From Microscillaceae bacterium (GTDB taxonomy: Bacteria; Bacteroidota; Bacteroidia; Cytophagales; Microscillaceae): a stretch of 64,000 bases of DNA. Under the pieces are notes generated by a model. It was not told the DNA's origin. It worked only from the letters and a program-made list of their open reading frames with translations, and searched no databases. Shown in pieces: positions 18,074 through 27,085 of the stretch (its first letter is position 1; the number at the start of each line of letters is the position of its first letter). The translations under genes and the position numbers were made by a program. Where the stretch lies: assembly GCA_025455045.1 (NCBI GenBank), contig JALONJ010000001.1, positions 3,642 to 67,641 of the forward strand. Direction: 5' to 3'.

Positions 18074-21000
18074 ATGTGGAAATATGTACTTATTAATCAA
18101 TTCAAAAACTTACCGCTTTTGATCGGTTTATTGGGTTTTAGCTCGTTCCAATTGTTTGCCCAACCGCCGTTGGTGGCTAACCAACTGACAGCCTCCAGCA
18201 AAACGAGGCTTTATCAAGAAAAAGCACAAAGCCGCACGCTCAAAACGGTATTGAGCGAGTTGGAAAATCGAATGAAGATTTCGGTTAGTTATGATTCGGA
18301 AACTATTCAAGGGAAAAATGTAGATGCAAACGTTTTAGATGCCCTCAATCGGGCAAAAGATGCCGAAACCTCATTGCGGATTTTATTAAATCCCTTCCAA
18401 TTAGATTTTGAAAAATTGGCAGAAAATTACTACGTAATTGTCAAAAGCCGCAAAAAAACCAAAATTCAAAAATTGGGTCGCAAAACCAATTTAGAATTAA
18501 TTGAAACCCCAAAAATCGACCGAAAATTACCCAGAAGTCTCAAAACTGAAATTTTAGAAAAAAACAATGTGTCCACCGAAACCACTCGAAGTATTAGTGG
18601 CACAGTCAAAGACTCCAAAGGTGAACCCATACCCGGTGTGGCTGTCATCGTCAAGAACACAATGGTAGGCACTACCACCGATATCAACGGTAAATATACA
18701 CTCAATGTACCCGAGGGTAGTAATGTACTGATTTTTTCGAGTGTGGGCTACCTCACCCAAGAAATAACCCTTGATGCCAATGCCGTGATTGATGTCGTAT
18801 TGCAAGATAATGTGGCTAACCTCCAAGAAATTGTGGTCATTGGCTATGGCACTGTCCAAAAAAGCGACTTAACCGGCTCGGTTGCTTCCTTAAAAAGTGA
18901 TGAAATCGTTAAAATCCCATCTTTCAACCCCCTACAGGCTTTGCAAGGCAAAATAGCGGGGGTACAAGTGAGCAGTAGCTCGGGCGCACCCGGCGAAGCC
19001 CCAGTAGTCCGCATTAGAGGAGTTGGTACTACCAATGATGCTTCGCCGCTCTATGTAGTAGATGGGGTTTTCGTGAACGATATTTCGTTTATTAGTCCAG
19101 CTGACATCGAGTCGATGGAGGTTTTGAAAGATGCCTCCTCTACGGCTATTTATGGCTCAAGAGGGGCTAATGGCGTAGTGATTGTTACCACTCGTCGAGG
19201 CAAAGAAGGCAAGACCCGCGTAGCCGTCAATGGCAGAGTAAGCCAACAAATTATTCCCCAAAAATTAGATTTGTTGAATGGGCGAGAGTTTGCTACCGTG
19301 GTCAATGAATTTGCTCCCGGCACATTCAATAACATTGATTTAGTGCCTAACATCGATTGGCAGTCGGAAATCTTTACTACTCCTGCCCCGATTTATGATT
19401 TTGATGTATCGTTTTCGGGGGGAAGCTCCCAAAATTCGTATTACGTAGGCATTGGTTATTTCAATCAAAAGGGGGTAGTTCCCAAATCATTTTATGACCG
19501 ATTGAATTTAAAATTGAATAATCGGTATTCCTTAACCTCCAAATTACAATTTGGACACGATATTACTGTATCTCGCTATACCCGCAAAAACGCCCCCAAT
19601 GTAGTGGCTACCGCCTACCGATCTTGGCCTACCGACCCGCCTCGCAATGCTGCCGGTCAGTTTTTGGCAGTACGCAATGCCGGCAATGCTTTGGCAGACT
19701 TGGAATATACCAACAATCGGACTGTCGGAGTACGCGCTGCCGGAAGCGTGTATGGTACGCTTACCATTTTGCGCGATTTTACTTTTAAAAGTAGTCTAGG
19801 TTTCGATGGTGACTTGTCCAAATCCGAATCATTTGCGCCCGTGTTTTTTGTTTCGCCAATTCAGCAAAACCCTACCAATGATTTGTTCAAGGCCAATAAC
19901 GAGGCTTTTACTTGGGTGTGGGAAAATACTTTGAACTATTTCAAAAAAATGGGCAATCATCAACTCGACGCTTTGCTAGGTTATACGATGCAAGAATCTA
20001 GGGCTGAATTTCTCAATGGGGGAATACAAAATCTCCTCCGCGAAGACCCAAGCCAATGGTATATCAATGCCGGAGATGTAACTACCCGCACGGTAGGCAA
20101 TAATGCCTTGGAGTGGGCAATGATTTCTTATTTGTTTAGAGCCAATTATAGTTTTAAAAGCAAATACCTTTTGACTTTTACGGGGCGAGTTGATCAGTCA
20201 TCGAGATTTGGGCGAAACAAGCGCACCAGTTTTTTTCCTTCGGTAGCCGCCGGTTGGAATATTTCGCAAGAGTCATTTATGCAATCGGTCAAAATGGTCG
20301 ATAACCTCAAGCTCCGAGCCAGTTATGGCGTTTTGGGTAATGATAAAATTGACCCCTATGCCCAGTTTGCTCGGGTCGGTAGTGTCGATGCCGTATTTGG
20401 TAATGCTTTGCAACCCGGGGCTACTTTGAGCAATTTGGGTAACCCAGATTTGGGATGGGAGAATACAGCGATGCTAGATATAGGCTTGGAAATTGGGCTA
20501 CTAAATAACCGCCTAACGGCAGAGTTTGATTACTTTCAAAGGGTTACAAGCGATATTTTGATTGCCTTGAATGTGCCGGGGCATGCGGGGATTGGCTTTG
20601 GTTCAAGAGTCCTCAGAAATGCCGCCAAAGTGAAAAATACCGGTTTAGAATTTAATATTAATTGGAATGACCAAATTGGCGAAGTGAAATACCAAATTGG
20701 CATTTTGGGCAATACCCTCCGTAATCGGGCTATCAATCTAGGTGGCAGTGAAAACAATATTTTTGATGGCAATTTAGGCAATGGGCAACAAGTGAGCCTT
20801 ACCCAAGCCGGACAACCTTTGGGGGCATTTTACGGCTATCAAGTAATCGGAGTTTTCCAAACTTTGGAGGAATTAAATCAATCGGCAAGATTGTCTTCTC
20901 AAGGAGTAGGTGATTTGCGATTTGCTGATTTGAATGGTGATGGCGTGATTACACCGGCAGGTGACCGCACTTTTATTGGTTCACCTATTCCTGATTTCAT

Positions 21001-21469
21001 CTATGGATTCAATTTAGGGGCTACCTATAAAAGCTTCAGTTTATCATTGGATTTTCAGGGGCAAATGGGCAATGAGATTTATAATGGCAAACAAGCCGTG
21101 CGTCCCGAGATATACAATTTTGAAGGCAGAGTGCGCAATCGCTGGACTGGACCCGGCACCAGCAATACCGAACCCCGCGCTACCGCTGAAGGAGCTAATT
21201 ATTCACCTTCCAATTATTTTATTGAAAATGGCTCTTTTTTGCGTTTGCGAAACATCTCTTTGAGCTACAATGTACCACAAAGTCTATTGGATAAACTAAA
21301 ACTCAGTACAGCCAAAATATATTTGAGTGGTACCAATGTATTTACGCTTACCCAATTTACCGGTTACTCGCCCGAAATTGGTAGTAATTCGCCCATTTCA
21401 GCCGGAATAGACCTAGGAATTTACCCAATTACAGCTATTTATTCAATTGGTTTTAATGTTGGATTTTAA
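18074..21469 (+). CDS. SusC/RagA-family TonB-linked outer membrane protein with N-terminal STN signalling domain
   Basis: 1131 aa; STN-like LKTVLSELENRMKISVSYDSE; carboxypeptidase-regulatory-like domain ISGTVKDSKGEPIPGVAVIVKNTMVGTTTDINGKYTL; plug (VVIGYGTVQKSDLTGSV); C-terminal beta-barrel ending in F. Confidence 0.93.
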   Translation: MWKYVLINQFKNLPLLIGLLGFSSFQLFAQPPLVANQLTASSKTRLYQEKAQSRTLKTVLSELENRMKISVSYDSETIQGKNVDANVLDALNRAKDAETSLRILLNPFQLDFEKLAENYYVIVKSRKKTKIQKLGRKTNLELIETPKIDRKLPRSLKTEILEKNNVSTETTRSISGTVKDSKGEPIPGVAVIVKNTMVGTTTDINGKYTLNVPEGSNVLIFSSVGYLTQEITLDANAVIDVVLQDNVANLQEIVVIGYGTVQKSDLTGSVASLKSDEIVKIPSFNPLQALQGKIAGVQVSSSSGAPGEAPVVRIRGVGTTNDASPLYVVDGVFVNDISFISPADIESMEVLKDASSTAIYGSRGANGVVIVTTRRGKEGKTRVAVNGRVSQQIIPQKLDLLNGREFATVVNEFAPGTFNNIDLVPNIDWQSEIFTTPAPIYDFDVSFSGGSSQNSYYVGIGYFNQKGVVPKSFYDRLNLKLNNRYSLTSKLQFGHDITVSRYTRKNAPNVVATAYRSWPTDPPRNAAGQFLAVRNAGNALADLEYTNNRTVGVRAAGSVYGTLTILRDFTFKSSLGFDGDLSKSESFAPVFFVSPIQQNPTNDLFKANNEAFTWVWENTLNYFKKMGNHQLDALLGYTMQESRAEFLNGGIQNLLREDPSQWYINAGDVTTRTVGNNALEWAMISYLFRANYSFKSKYLLTFTGRVDQSSRFGRNKRTSFFPSVAAGWNISQESFMQSVKMVDNLKLRASYGVLGNDKIDPYAQFARVGSVDAVFGNALQPGATLSNLGNPDLGWENTAMLDIGLEIGLLNNRLTAEFDYFQRVTSDILIALNVPGHAGIGFGSRVLRNAAKVKNTGLEFNINWNDQIGEVKYQIGILGNTLRNRAINLGGSENNIFDGNLGNGQQVSLTQAGQPLGAFYGYQVIGVFQTLEELNQSARLSSQGVGDLRFADLNGDGVITPAGDRTFIGSPIPDFIYGFNLGATYKSFSLSLDFQGQMGNEIYNGKQAVRPEIYNFEGRVRNRWTGPGTSNTEPRATAEGANYSPSNYFIENGSFLRLRNISLSYNVPQSLLDKLKLSTAKIYLSGTNVFTLTQFTGYSPEIGSNSPISAGIDLGIYPITAIYSIGFNVGF

Positions 21470-21481
21470 ATTCATAAGTAT

Positions 21482-22972
21482 ATGAAAATCAAGATTTTAA
21501 CAATATTATTTTCAGTTTTTTTGCTCACCGCTTGCCAAGATTTTTTGGAGCGACCTCCCCTTGGGGAATTGACCGAAGCTAATTTTTTTCAGACCGAAAG
21601 AGACGCGCTCTTGGCAACTAATGCCATTTACAACACTTTGCGTGAATGGTTTTTGAGTGGCGGTTTTCCGCTCATTGAGATTATGGGCGATGATGCTACC
21701 AAAGGAAGCAATCCAACCGATGCCCCGCAAGTGGCTACCTACGATAATTTCACCTTCAACCCTAGCCAAGACTTGATTTTGGGAATGTACTCAACCCTTT
21801 ATAAAGGAGTTAGACGCGCCAATGCGGTCATTGAAAGAGTGCCACCTATTGCGATGAACGAAACCCTCAAAAGACGTTTGATTGGCGAAGCTAGATTTTT
21901 GCGGGCTTATTTTTATTTTGATTTGGTCAGGGCTTTTGGCGATTTGCCCAAAGTAACTACTACTTTGCCATCATTAAAACTAGCCCGCTCGCCCAAAGCC
22001 GAAATTTATAATGAAATCATTATTCCTGATTTATTATTTGCCATCGAAAATTTGGTAGAAAGAAGTGAATACCCTGCCACCGATATAGGCAGAGCTACCA
22101 AAGGCGGGGCAAGAGGCTTATTATCAAGGGTTTATCTGTTTTTGGGTGATTTTGTCAATGCCGAAAAATACGCACTTGAAGTCATCAACTCGGGGCAATA
22201 TGCTTTAGAACCTGACTATCAAAAAGAAATGAGCGTAGAAGGCGAACACGGACCCGGCTCATTGTTTGAGATTAGTGCCGTTTCGCAGGAATTTGGACTC
22301 GGCGGCAATCAATTTGGCAATACTCAAGGCGTGCGCGGCTCGCCCGACAAGGGTTGGGGATTTTGCCGCCCTTCCTTCAATTATTTGACTTTTATGGGCT
22401 ATCAAGCTAGTCCTGACCCTCGTATGGATGCCTCCGTGATTTTTTTGGGGGAAATATTGAATGGGGAAGCCTTGTTGGGTGATGCCGGTACGCCCGACGT
22501 TACTTATGCCGACCCACCTACCAATAGCATTATCAGAGAAATTGAATGTTATAATCAAAAAGTATTTGTCCCGGGGGCTGGCTCGCTTAGCTCTTGGGGG
22601 CATAACCGCAGAATTGTCCGCTATGCCGATGTTTTGTTGATGGCAGCCGAGGCAATGAACGAAAACGGCAAATCTGCTCAAGCCCTGCCTTATCTCAACT
22701 TGGTAAGACAACGAGCTAACAATGCTAATCCGGGTTCGGTGCCGAATATTACTGAAACCAATCAAGCCCCCCTTCGCCAAATCATTTGGAATGAACGGCG
22801 TAGAGAATTGGCTCTGGAAGGTCACCGTTTTTGGGATTTGATTCGTACCAATCGGGCTTCGGCAGTCTTAGGAAGCCTCGGCTTTGTAGCCAACAAACAC
22901 GAGCTTTTGCCGATTCCACAAATCGAGATTGACTTGTCGGAAGGTACACTCAGTCAAAATCCAAATTGGTAA
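21482..22972 (+). CDS. RagB/SusD-family nutrient uptake outer membrane lipoprotein
   Basis: 496 aa; lipobox LLTAC; 12 nt downstream of the SusC-like gene; SusD-like blocks (GEARFLRAYFYFDLVRAFGDLP, ERRRELALEGHRFWDLIR). Confidence 0.92.
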   Translation: MKIKILTILFSVFLLTACQDFLERPPLGELTEANFFQTERDALLATNAIYNTLREWFLSGGFPLIEIMGDDATKGSNPTDAPQVATYDNFTFNPSQDLILGMYSTLYKGVRRANAVIERVPPIAMNETLKRRLIGEARFLRAYFYFDLVRAFGDLPKVTTTLPSLKLARSPKAEIYNEIIIPDLLFAIENLVERSEYPATDIGRATKGGARGLLSRVYLFLGDFVNAEKYALEVINSGQYALEPDYQKEMSVEGEHGPGSLFEISAVSQEFGLGGNQFGNTQGVRGSPDKGWGFCRPSFNYLTFMGYQASPDPRMDASVIFLGEILNGEALLGDAGTPDVTYADPPTNSIIREIECYNQKVFVPGAGSLSSWGHNRRIVRYADVLLMAAEAMNENGKSAQALPYLNLVRQRANNANPGSVPNITETNQAPLRQIIWNERRRELALEGHRFWDLIRTNRASAVLGSLGFVANKHELLPIPQIEIDLSEGTLSQNPNW

Positions 22973-22987
22973 AAATAATAGCTCAAG

Positions 22988-23030
22988 TAGTTTTTAGTTT
23001 CGGGTTTCTAGTTCCGAGTTATTAGTTATT
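22988..23030 (-). repeat. Family-C arm fragment
   Basis: tagtttttagtttcgggtttctagttccgagttattagttatt, reverse complement of the 21-bp tandem unit; just downstream of the SusD-like gene. Confidence 0.75.
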
Positions 23031-23045
23031 CTTGAAATATCTGAT

Positions 23046-23137
23046 TGCATTTCGCCCCCAAAACTGCGTTCTGTGGCACACAGAACGTAAATTGATTTAT
23101 CGGAAGACAGACTCAAGCGAAATCCGAATTGTTAAAA
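23046..23137 (+). mobile_element. Family-K 92-nt insert splitting a Family-A palindrome at its centre
   Basis: Left half-site gaaatatcTGAT (to 23045) and right half-site aATCAataaatta (from 23138) are separated by tgcatttcgccccc...cgttctgtg g cacagaacg...gcgaaatccgaattgttaaaaac. Confidence 0.65.
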
Positions 23138-23162
23138 ACAATCAATAAATTAAGTATTTAAA

Positions 23163-23191
23163 TATATAAACAACTGATAATCAATGAATTA
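23163..23191. repeat. Family-A palindromic repeat
   Basis: tataaacaac TGATAATCA atgaattata. Confidence 0.9.
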
Positions 23192-23259
23192 TAAAAAATA
23201 TTCCTACAGCCTTATAGTAGCAACCTTATGTTCAATTTATTAAACTAAATTTAAGTATT

Positions 23260-24504
23260 ATGCAAATCAAACAATTTTTTCTCAAAACCTTAGCTTGGGT
23301 AATGTTTCTTGCCCTCTTTACCGCTTGTAAAAAAGATGACCCCGAGCCAACTCCGCTTACCCTGGTGTCGCTCAGAGCCGGTACCATTGATTTGAATGGG
23401 GCAACGTCCGCTACCAATATTCCCGTAGGAACCAATATTGTGGCGGAGTTTTCTACCGAGGTAGATGATGCCAGCAAATCCGCTATTACGCTAACCCGCA
23501 CTACCGACAATGTAAATTTGGCTACTACCATTACCGTAAGTGGCAAAACTATTACTATTGCCCCTAATGAGATTTTTGGTACAGGTACTCCGTTTACCTT
23601 GCGATTTGGTAGTGCCTTACGCAGTACCGCCGGATTAACTTTGGGAACTAATACCGACCGTAGTTTTACCTCTGAGGGTACTTTTGCCGCTCCGGGCGCA
23701 TTTGCTCACTGGACATTTGAAGACAATGCCAATGACATTGTTGGTACGTATGACCCCACTGCCAATCAAATTGTGGCTATTACCTACGTAGCCGGACGCA
23801 AAGCCGCCGCCGGTAAAGCTGCTTCTTTTAACGGCACAACCAGTATCATTGAAATTTCAAATGGTAGTGGCTTGATGAATAACGGATCTTGGGCTTTGAG
23901 TCTCTGGGTAAAACCTAACTCTAGCTTAGGTAAAGGGCATTTTGTACTGGGCTTAGGTGGAGTTAATGGCTTTCAATTCGAGATTCCGGGCAATTATGAA
24001 AATTGTAAACTAGCGGCAAGCTACGCCCATACCAACCCAGCCGGAGCCGGCACTACTACCGAAGATTTGTGGGTAGATGCTACCGGCAATTTGGGCTGGC
24101 AGGGCTGGACTTTCTCCAAAGATTATGCCGGAGCTTTTGATGACCTCATCAAAGACCAGTGGGTAAATATGGTATTTGTGTACAATGCTACCGACAGAAC
24201 CGGTACCGCTTATGTGAATGGTGAAAGAGCCAAAGCCCAAGATTTTGACAACTGGCCGGCTGGCGACAACAAACGTTTTGTTACTGGCTTGCAATGGCAG
24301 GGAGCTTTGCCTTTAGTCGCCAATGAATTAGCCTTTGGTTTTATTCGCTCGCGCAATGGCACTTTATTCGCCGATACTGATTGGGGCGATTATGCCAAAC
24401 CGGGAGCCAATCACTTCCACGGGTTATTAGATGATGTGATTATTTACAAAAAAGCATTGACCCAAGCCGAAATTACTGCTATGTATAACTCTGGCAAACC
24501 TTAA
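23260..24504 (+). CDS. surface lipoprotein with N-terminal Ig-like (SbsA/Big_5-type) domain and C-terminal LamG/concanavalin-A-like lectin domain
   Basis: 414 aa; lipobox LFTAC; LamG-type C-terminus (SLWVKPNS..., HFHGLLDDVIIYKKALTQAEITAMYN); position expected for a PUL surface glycan-binding protein. Confidence 0.7.
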   Translation: MQIKQFFLKTLAWVMFLALFTACKKDDPEPTPLTLVSLRAGTIDLNGATSATNIPVGTNIVAEFSTEVDDASKSAITLTRTTDNVNLATTITVSGKTITIAPNEIFGTGTPFTLRFGSALRSTAGLTLGTNTDRSFTSEGTFAAPGAFAHWTFEDNANDIVGTYDPTANQIVAITYVAGRKAAAGKAASFNGTTSIIEISNGSGLMNNGSWALSLWVKPNSSLGKGHFVLGLGGVNGFQFEIPGNYENCKLAASYAHTNPAGAGTTTEDLWVDATGNLGWQGWTFSKDYAGAFDDLIKDQWVNMVFVYNATDRTGTAYVNGERAKAQDFDNWPAGDNKRFVTGLQWQGALPLVANELAFGFIRSRNGTLFADTDWGDYAKPGANHFHGLLDDVIIYKKALTQAEITAMYNSGKP

Positions 24505-24516
24505 TCATTAAACATT

Positions 24517-24548
24517 ATCAAGATGAGGCAAATTTGCCTTATCTTGAT
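24517..24548 (+). terminator. long hairpin after the LamG lipoprotein gene
   Basis: atcaagatgaggcaaa tttgccttatcttgat; 15 paired positions with one bulge; no clear T-run. Confidence 0.5.
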
Positions 24549-24571
24549 TATTTAAAAAAATAATAAAAACA

Positions 24572-24600
24572 CATAATTACTTGATAATCAATTAGTTGTG
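24572..24600. repeat. Family-A palindromic repeat
   Basis: cataattact TGATAATCA attagttgtg. Confidence 0.9.
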
Positions 24601-24633
24601 AAAATATTTTAAAAATTTGATTCTTACTTTTTT

Positions 24634-24709
24634 CAGGAAAATTGTAACGTGAGCTGTCTAGCCTGCGCGCGCAAGCGACTTTAGACCACTTCTAAGCTAA
24701 ATGATTCCT
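24634..24709 (+). repeat. Family-B GC-hairpin repeat, about 75-nt full copy
   Basis: caggaaaattgtaacgtGAGCTGtctaGCCTGCgcgcgcaagcgactttagaccacttctaagctaaatgattcct. Confidence 0.8.
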
Positions 24710-24772
24710 ATAAAATAGTGAGGAATCCTTTTCAATTCCGTAGTTATTCATTTATTTAAGCCTTAAAATTAT

Positions 24773-26758
24773 ATGACCAGATTGCAAATATGGCAGCTTA
24801 TTTTTACAATTGTTTTTATCAATTCCAATTGTAAAAAAGACTCTATTGTACCGCCACAAGTAGGTATTTTTCAAATCATCAGTGCTAGAGTCGGCACAAG
24901 CGACCTCATAGTCAATCAAACAATTGAAAACACCCCCATTGACCGCCCAATTGTGATAAGTTTTAACCAAAAACTCAATCGAAATTTGGTGGAGGCTAAT
25001 ATCAGCTTGCTTGATTCCGATAACAAAAAAGTAGCCATTGACCTGGCTTATTTAGACGAAGATAAAACCGTTTCGCTCACGCCAGCCGCCCCTTTAAATT
25101 TATTGGCAAATTATAAACTCTTGATTGACAATAAGCTACAAAGTGTTGAACAGGCGGTATTTCCGGGTATTCAGTTTCTATTCACAACTCAAGCCGGAGA
25201 GTTGGTTTTACAATCGTTGAATGCCAATAACATCAGTTTCTTGACCAACAATCGAGTCAATAATGTCAATCGAAATTTGCAAATCCAAGCTGTTTTTTCG
25301 CAAGCTCTTGACCCTCAAACGGTTAATAGTGAAAGTATTAGAATTTTACAAGGCTCAAATTTGATTGCCCTTACAATGCAACTTAGTACCGACAAAAAGA
25401 CCCTCAATATTCAATCGCTTGAACCTCTGCCCCATTTATATAAATATACCATTCGCCTTTCAGATGCCCTTACTACTCTCGATAAAAAATACAAATTTAA
25501 AGTATTTAGCAAATCCTTTGTAACTACAGTGGACGAAACTCCTAAGTTTCCCATCATTTCTGATGAAGCCTTATTGACTTTAATTCAACAACAAACTTTT
25601 AAATATTTCTGGGATTTTGCTCATCCGACTAGCGGTTTAGCCCGTGAGCGCAATACTTCAGGTGATGTGGTAACTTCGGGCGGCTCGGGTTTTGGCATTA
25701 TGAGTATGATTGTGGCGATTGAGCGGGGCTTTATCACCCGCCAACAAGGAATTGATAGATTGGAAAAAATTGTCAATTTTTTGGCAACCGCCGACCGATT
25801 TCACGGCGTTTGGTCACATTGGCTGAATGGGGCTACCGGCAAAGCCATTGCTTTTAGTGCCAAAGATGATGCTGCCGATTTAGTCGAGACTTCTTTTTTG
25901 ATGCAAGGTTTACTCACTTTTCGCCAATATTTGAACTCAAGCAATACTCAAGAAAAAACTCTGATTGACAAAATCAATCAACTTTGGCAAACCACCGAAT
26001 GGGATTGGCATACCCGTGGCGGGCAAGATGTATTGTATTGGCACTGGTCGCCCAGATTTGGTTGGGATATGAATTTTGCGATTCGAGGATTCAATGAATG
26101 TTTGATTACTTATTTTTTGGCGGCGGCTTCGCCTACCCATTCCATCAAGGCTTCGGTGTATCACGATGGCTGGGCAAAAAGCAGTTTTTTCAAAAATGGC
26201 AAGTCATTTTACAACATTACTTTACCACTAGGTTTCGATTTTGGCGGACCTTTGTTTTTTTCGCATTACTCATTCTTGGGTTTAAATCCCAAAAACCTAT
26301 CGGATACGTATGCCAATTATTGGACACAAAACGTAAATCATACGCTCATCAATCGAGCCTACTGTGTTGATAATCCCAAAAAATACGCTCTTTATAGTGC
26401 CAAATGTTGGGGTTTGACCGCCAGCGACAATCACATTGGGTATTCTGCCCACTCGCCTACCGAAGATTTAGGCGTAATCAGCCCTACGGCGGCGGTTTCG
26501 GCACTACCTTACACGCCCGAATACTCAATGGAAGCAATCAAATATTTTTATTATACCTTGGGCGATAGATTATGGGGGCAATATGGCTTTTATGATGCTT
26601 TTACGCCCGACGAGGGCTGGGTTGCCAGTTCTTATTTGGCAATTGACCAAGGACCAATTATTGTAATGATTGAAAACTATCGCACCGGTTTGCTCTGGAA
26701 TTTATTTATGTCTTGCCCCGAAGTAGCCAATGCCAAAACCAAATTGGGATTTAATTAA
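24773..26758 (+). CDS. glucoamylase-family (PF10091-like, GH144-like) putative beta-1,2-glucanase with N-terminal Ig-like domains
   Basis: 661 aa; lipobox-like FINSNC; catalytic part begins FKYFWDFAHPTSGLARERN...SGGSGFGIMSMIVAIERGFI; family assignment from memory of the conserved N-terminal block, not from an alignment. Confidence 0.65.
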   Translation: MTRLQIWQLIFTIVFINSNCKKDSIVPPQVGIFQIISARVGTSDLIVNQTIENTPIDRPIVISFNQKLNRNLVEANISLLDSDNKKVAIDLAYLDEDKTVSLTPAAPLNLLANYKLLIDNKLQSVEQAVFPGIQFLFTTQAGELVLQSLNANNISFLTNNRVNNVNRNLQIQAVFSQALDPQTVNSESIRILQGSNLIALTMQLSTDKKTLNIQSLEPLPHLYKYTIRLSDALTTLDKKYKFKVFSKSFVTTVDETPKFPIISDEALLTLIQQQTFKYFWDFAHPTSGLARERNTSGDVVTSGGSGFGIMSMIVAIERGFITRQQGIDRLEKIVNFLATADRFHGVWSHWLNGATGKAIAFSAKDDAADLVETSFLMQGLLTFRQYLNSSNTQEKTLIDKINQLWQTTEWDWHTRGGQDVLYWHWSPRFGWDMNFAIRGFNECLITYFLAAASPTHSIKASVYHDGWAKSSFFKNGKSFYNITLPLGFDFGGPLFFSHYSFLGLNPKNLSDTYANYWTQNVNHTLINRAYCVDNPKKYALYSAKCWGLTASDNHIGYSAHSPTEDLGVISPTAAVSALPYTPEYSMEAIKYFYYTLGDRLWGQYGFYDAFTPDEGWVASSYLAIDQGPIIVMIENYRTGLLWNLFMSCPEVANAKTKLGFN

Positions 26759-26760
26759 AA

Positions 26761-26790
26761 CAATAGTTCGTTGGTTTCTAGTTCCGAGTT
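26761..26790 (-). repeat. Family-C arm fragment
   Basis: caatagttcgttggtttctagttccgagtt. Confidence 0.75.
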
Positions 26791-26836
26791 GCTGTTGCCT
26801 GTGTCCTCACAGGCAACCAACTCAATCTATGCTTTT

Positions 26837-26869
26837 AACTTCGGCAAAGTTTAAAACTTTGCCGAAGTT
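26837..26869. repeat. Family-D perfect hairpin
   Basis: AACTTCGGCAAAGTTtaaAACTTTGCCGAAGTT. Confidence 0.9.
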
Positions 26870-26875
26870 TGGCGG

Positions 26876-26904
26876 ACTAACTCATTGATAATCAATTATT
26901 TACA
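26876..26904. repeat. Family-A palindromic repeat
   Basis: actaactcat TGATAATCA attatttaca. Confidence 0.9.
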
Positions 26905-27006
26905 TTTAAAATAAAATTGATTTTTCCCTAGCGAGGGCTCACCAGGGAAAAATCTCCTTACCCTTGTCTGTGTCCTCACAGGCAACCAACTCGAATCTAA
27001 GCTTTT

Positions 27007-27039
27007 AACTTCGGTAAAGTTTAAAACTTTGCCGAAGTT
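27007..27039. repeat. Family-D hairpin
   Basis: aacttcggtaaagtttaaaactttgccgaagtt (one mismatch). Confidence 0.9.
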
Positions 27040-27045
27040 TGGCAA

Positions 27046-27074
27046 GATAACTCATTGATAATCAATTATTTATA
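27046..27074. repeat. Family-A palindromic repeat
   Basis: gataactcat TGATAATCA attatttata; core ends 21 nt before the bglX ATG. Confidence 0.9.
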
Positions 27075-27085
27075 TTCAAATAAAA

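Larger units (their letters stand above)
26795..26916 (+). repeat. 122-nt composite direct repeat, copy 1 (E hairpin + D hairpin + A palindrome)
   Basis: ttgcctgtgtcctcacaggcaaccaactc...aacttcggcaaagtttaaaactttgccgaagtt...ctcattgataatcaattattt; about 90% identical by eye to 26965-27085. Confidence 0.85.
26965..27085 (+). repeat. 122-nt composite direct repeat, copy 2; ends at the bglX ATG
   Basis: ttgtctgtgtcctcacaggcaaccaactcg...aacttcggtaaagtttaaaactttgccgaagtt...ctcattgataatcaattattt. Confidence 0.85.
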
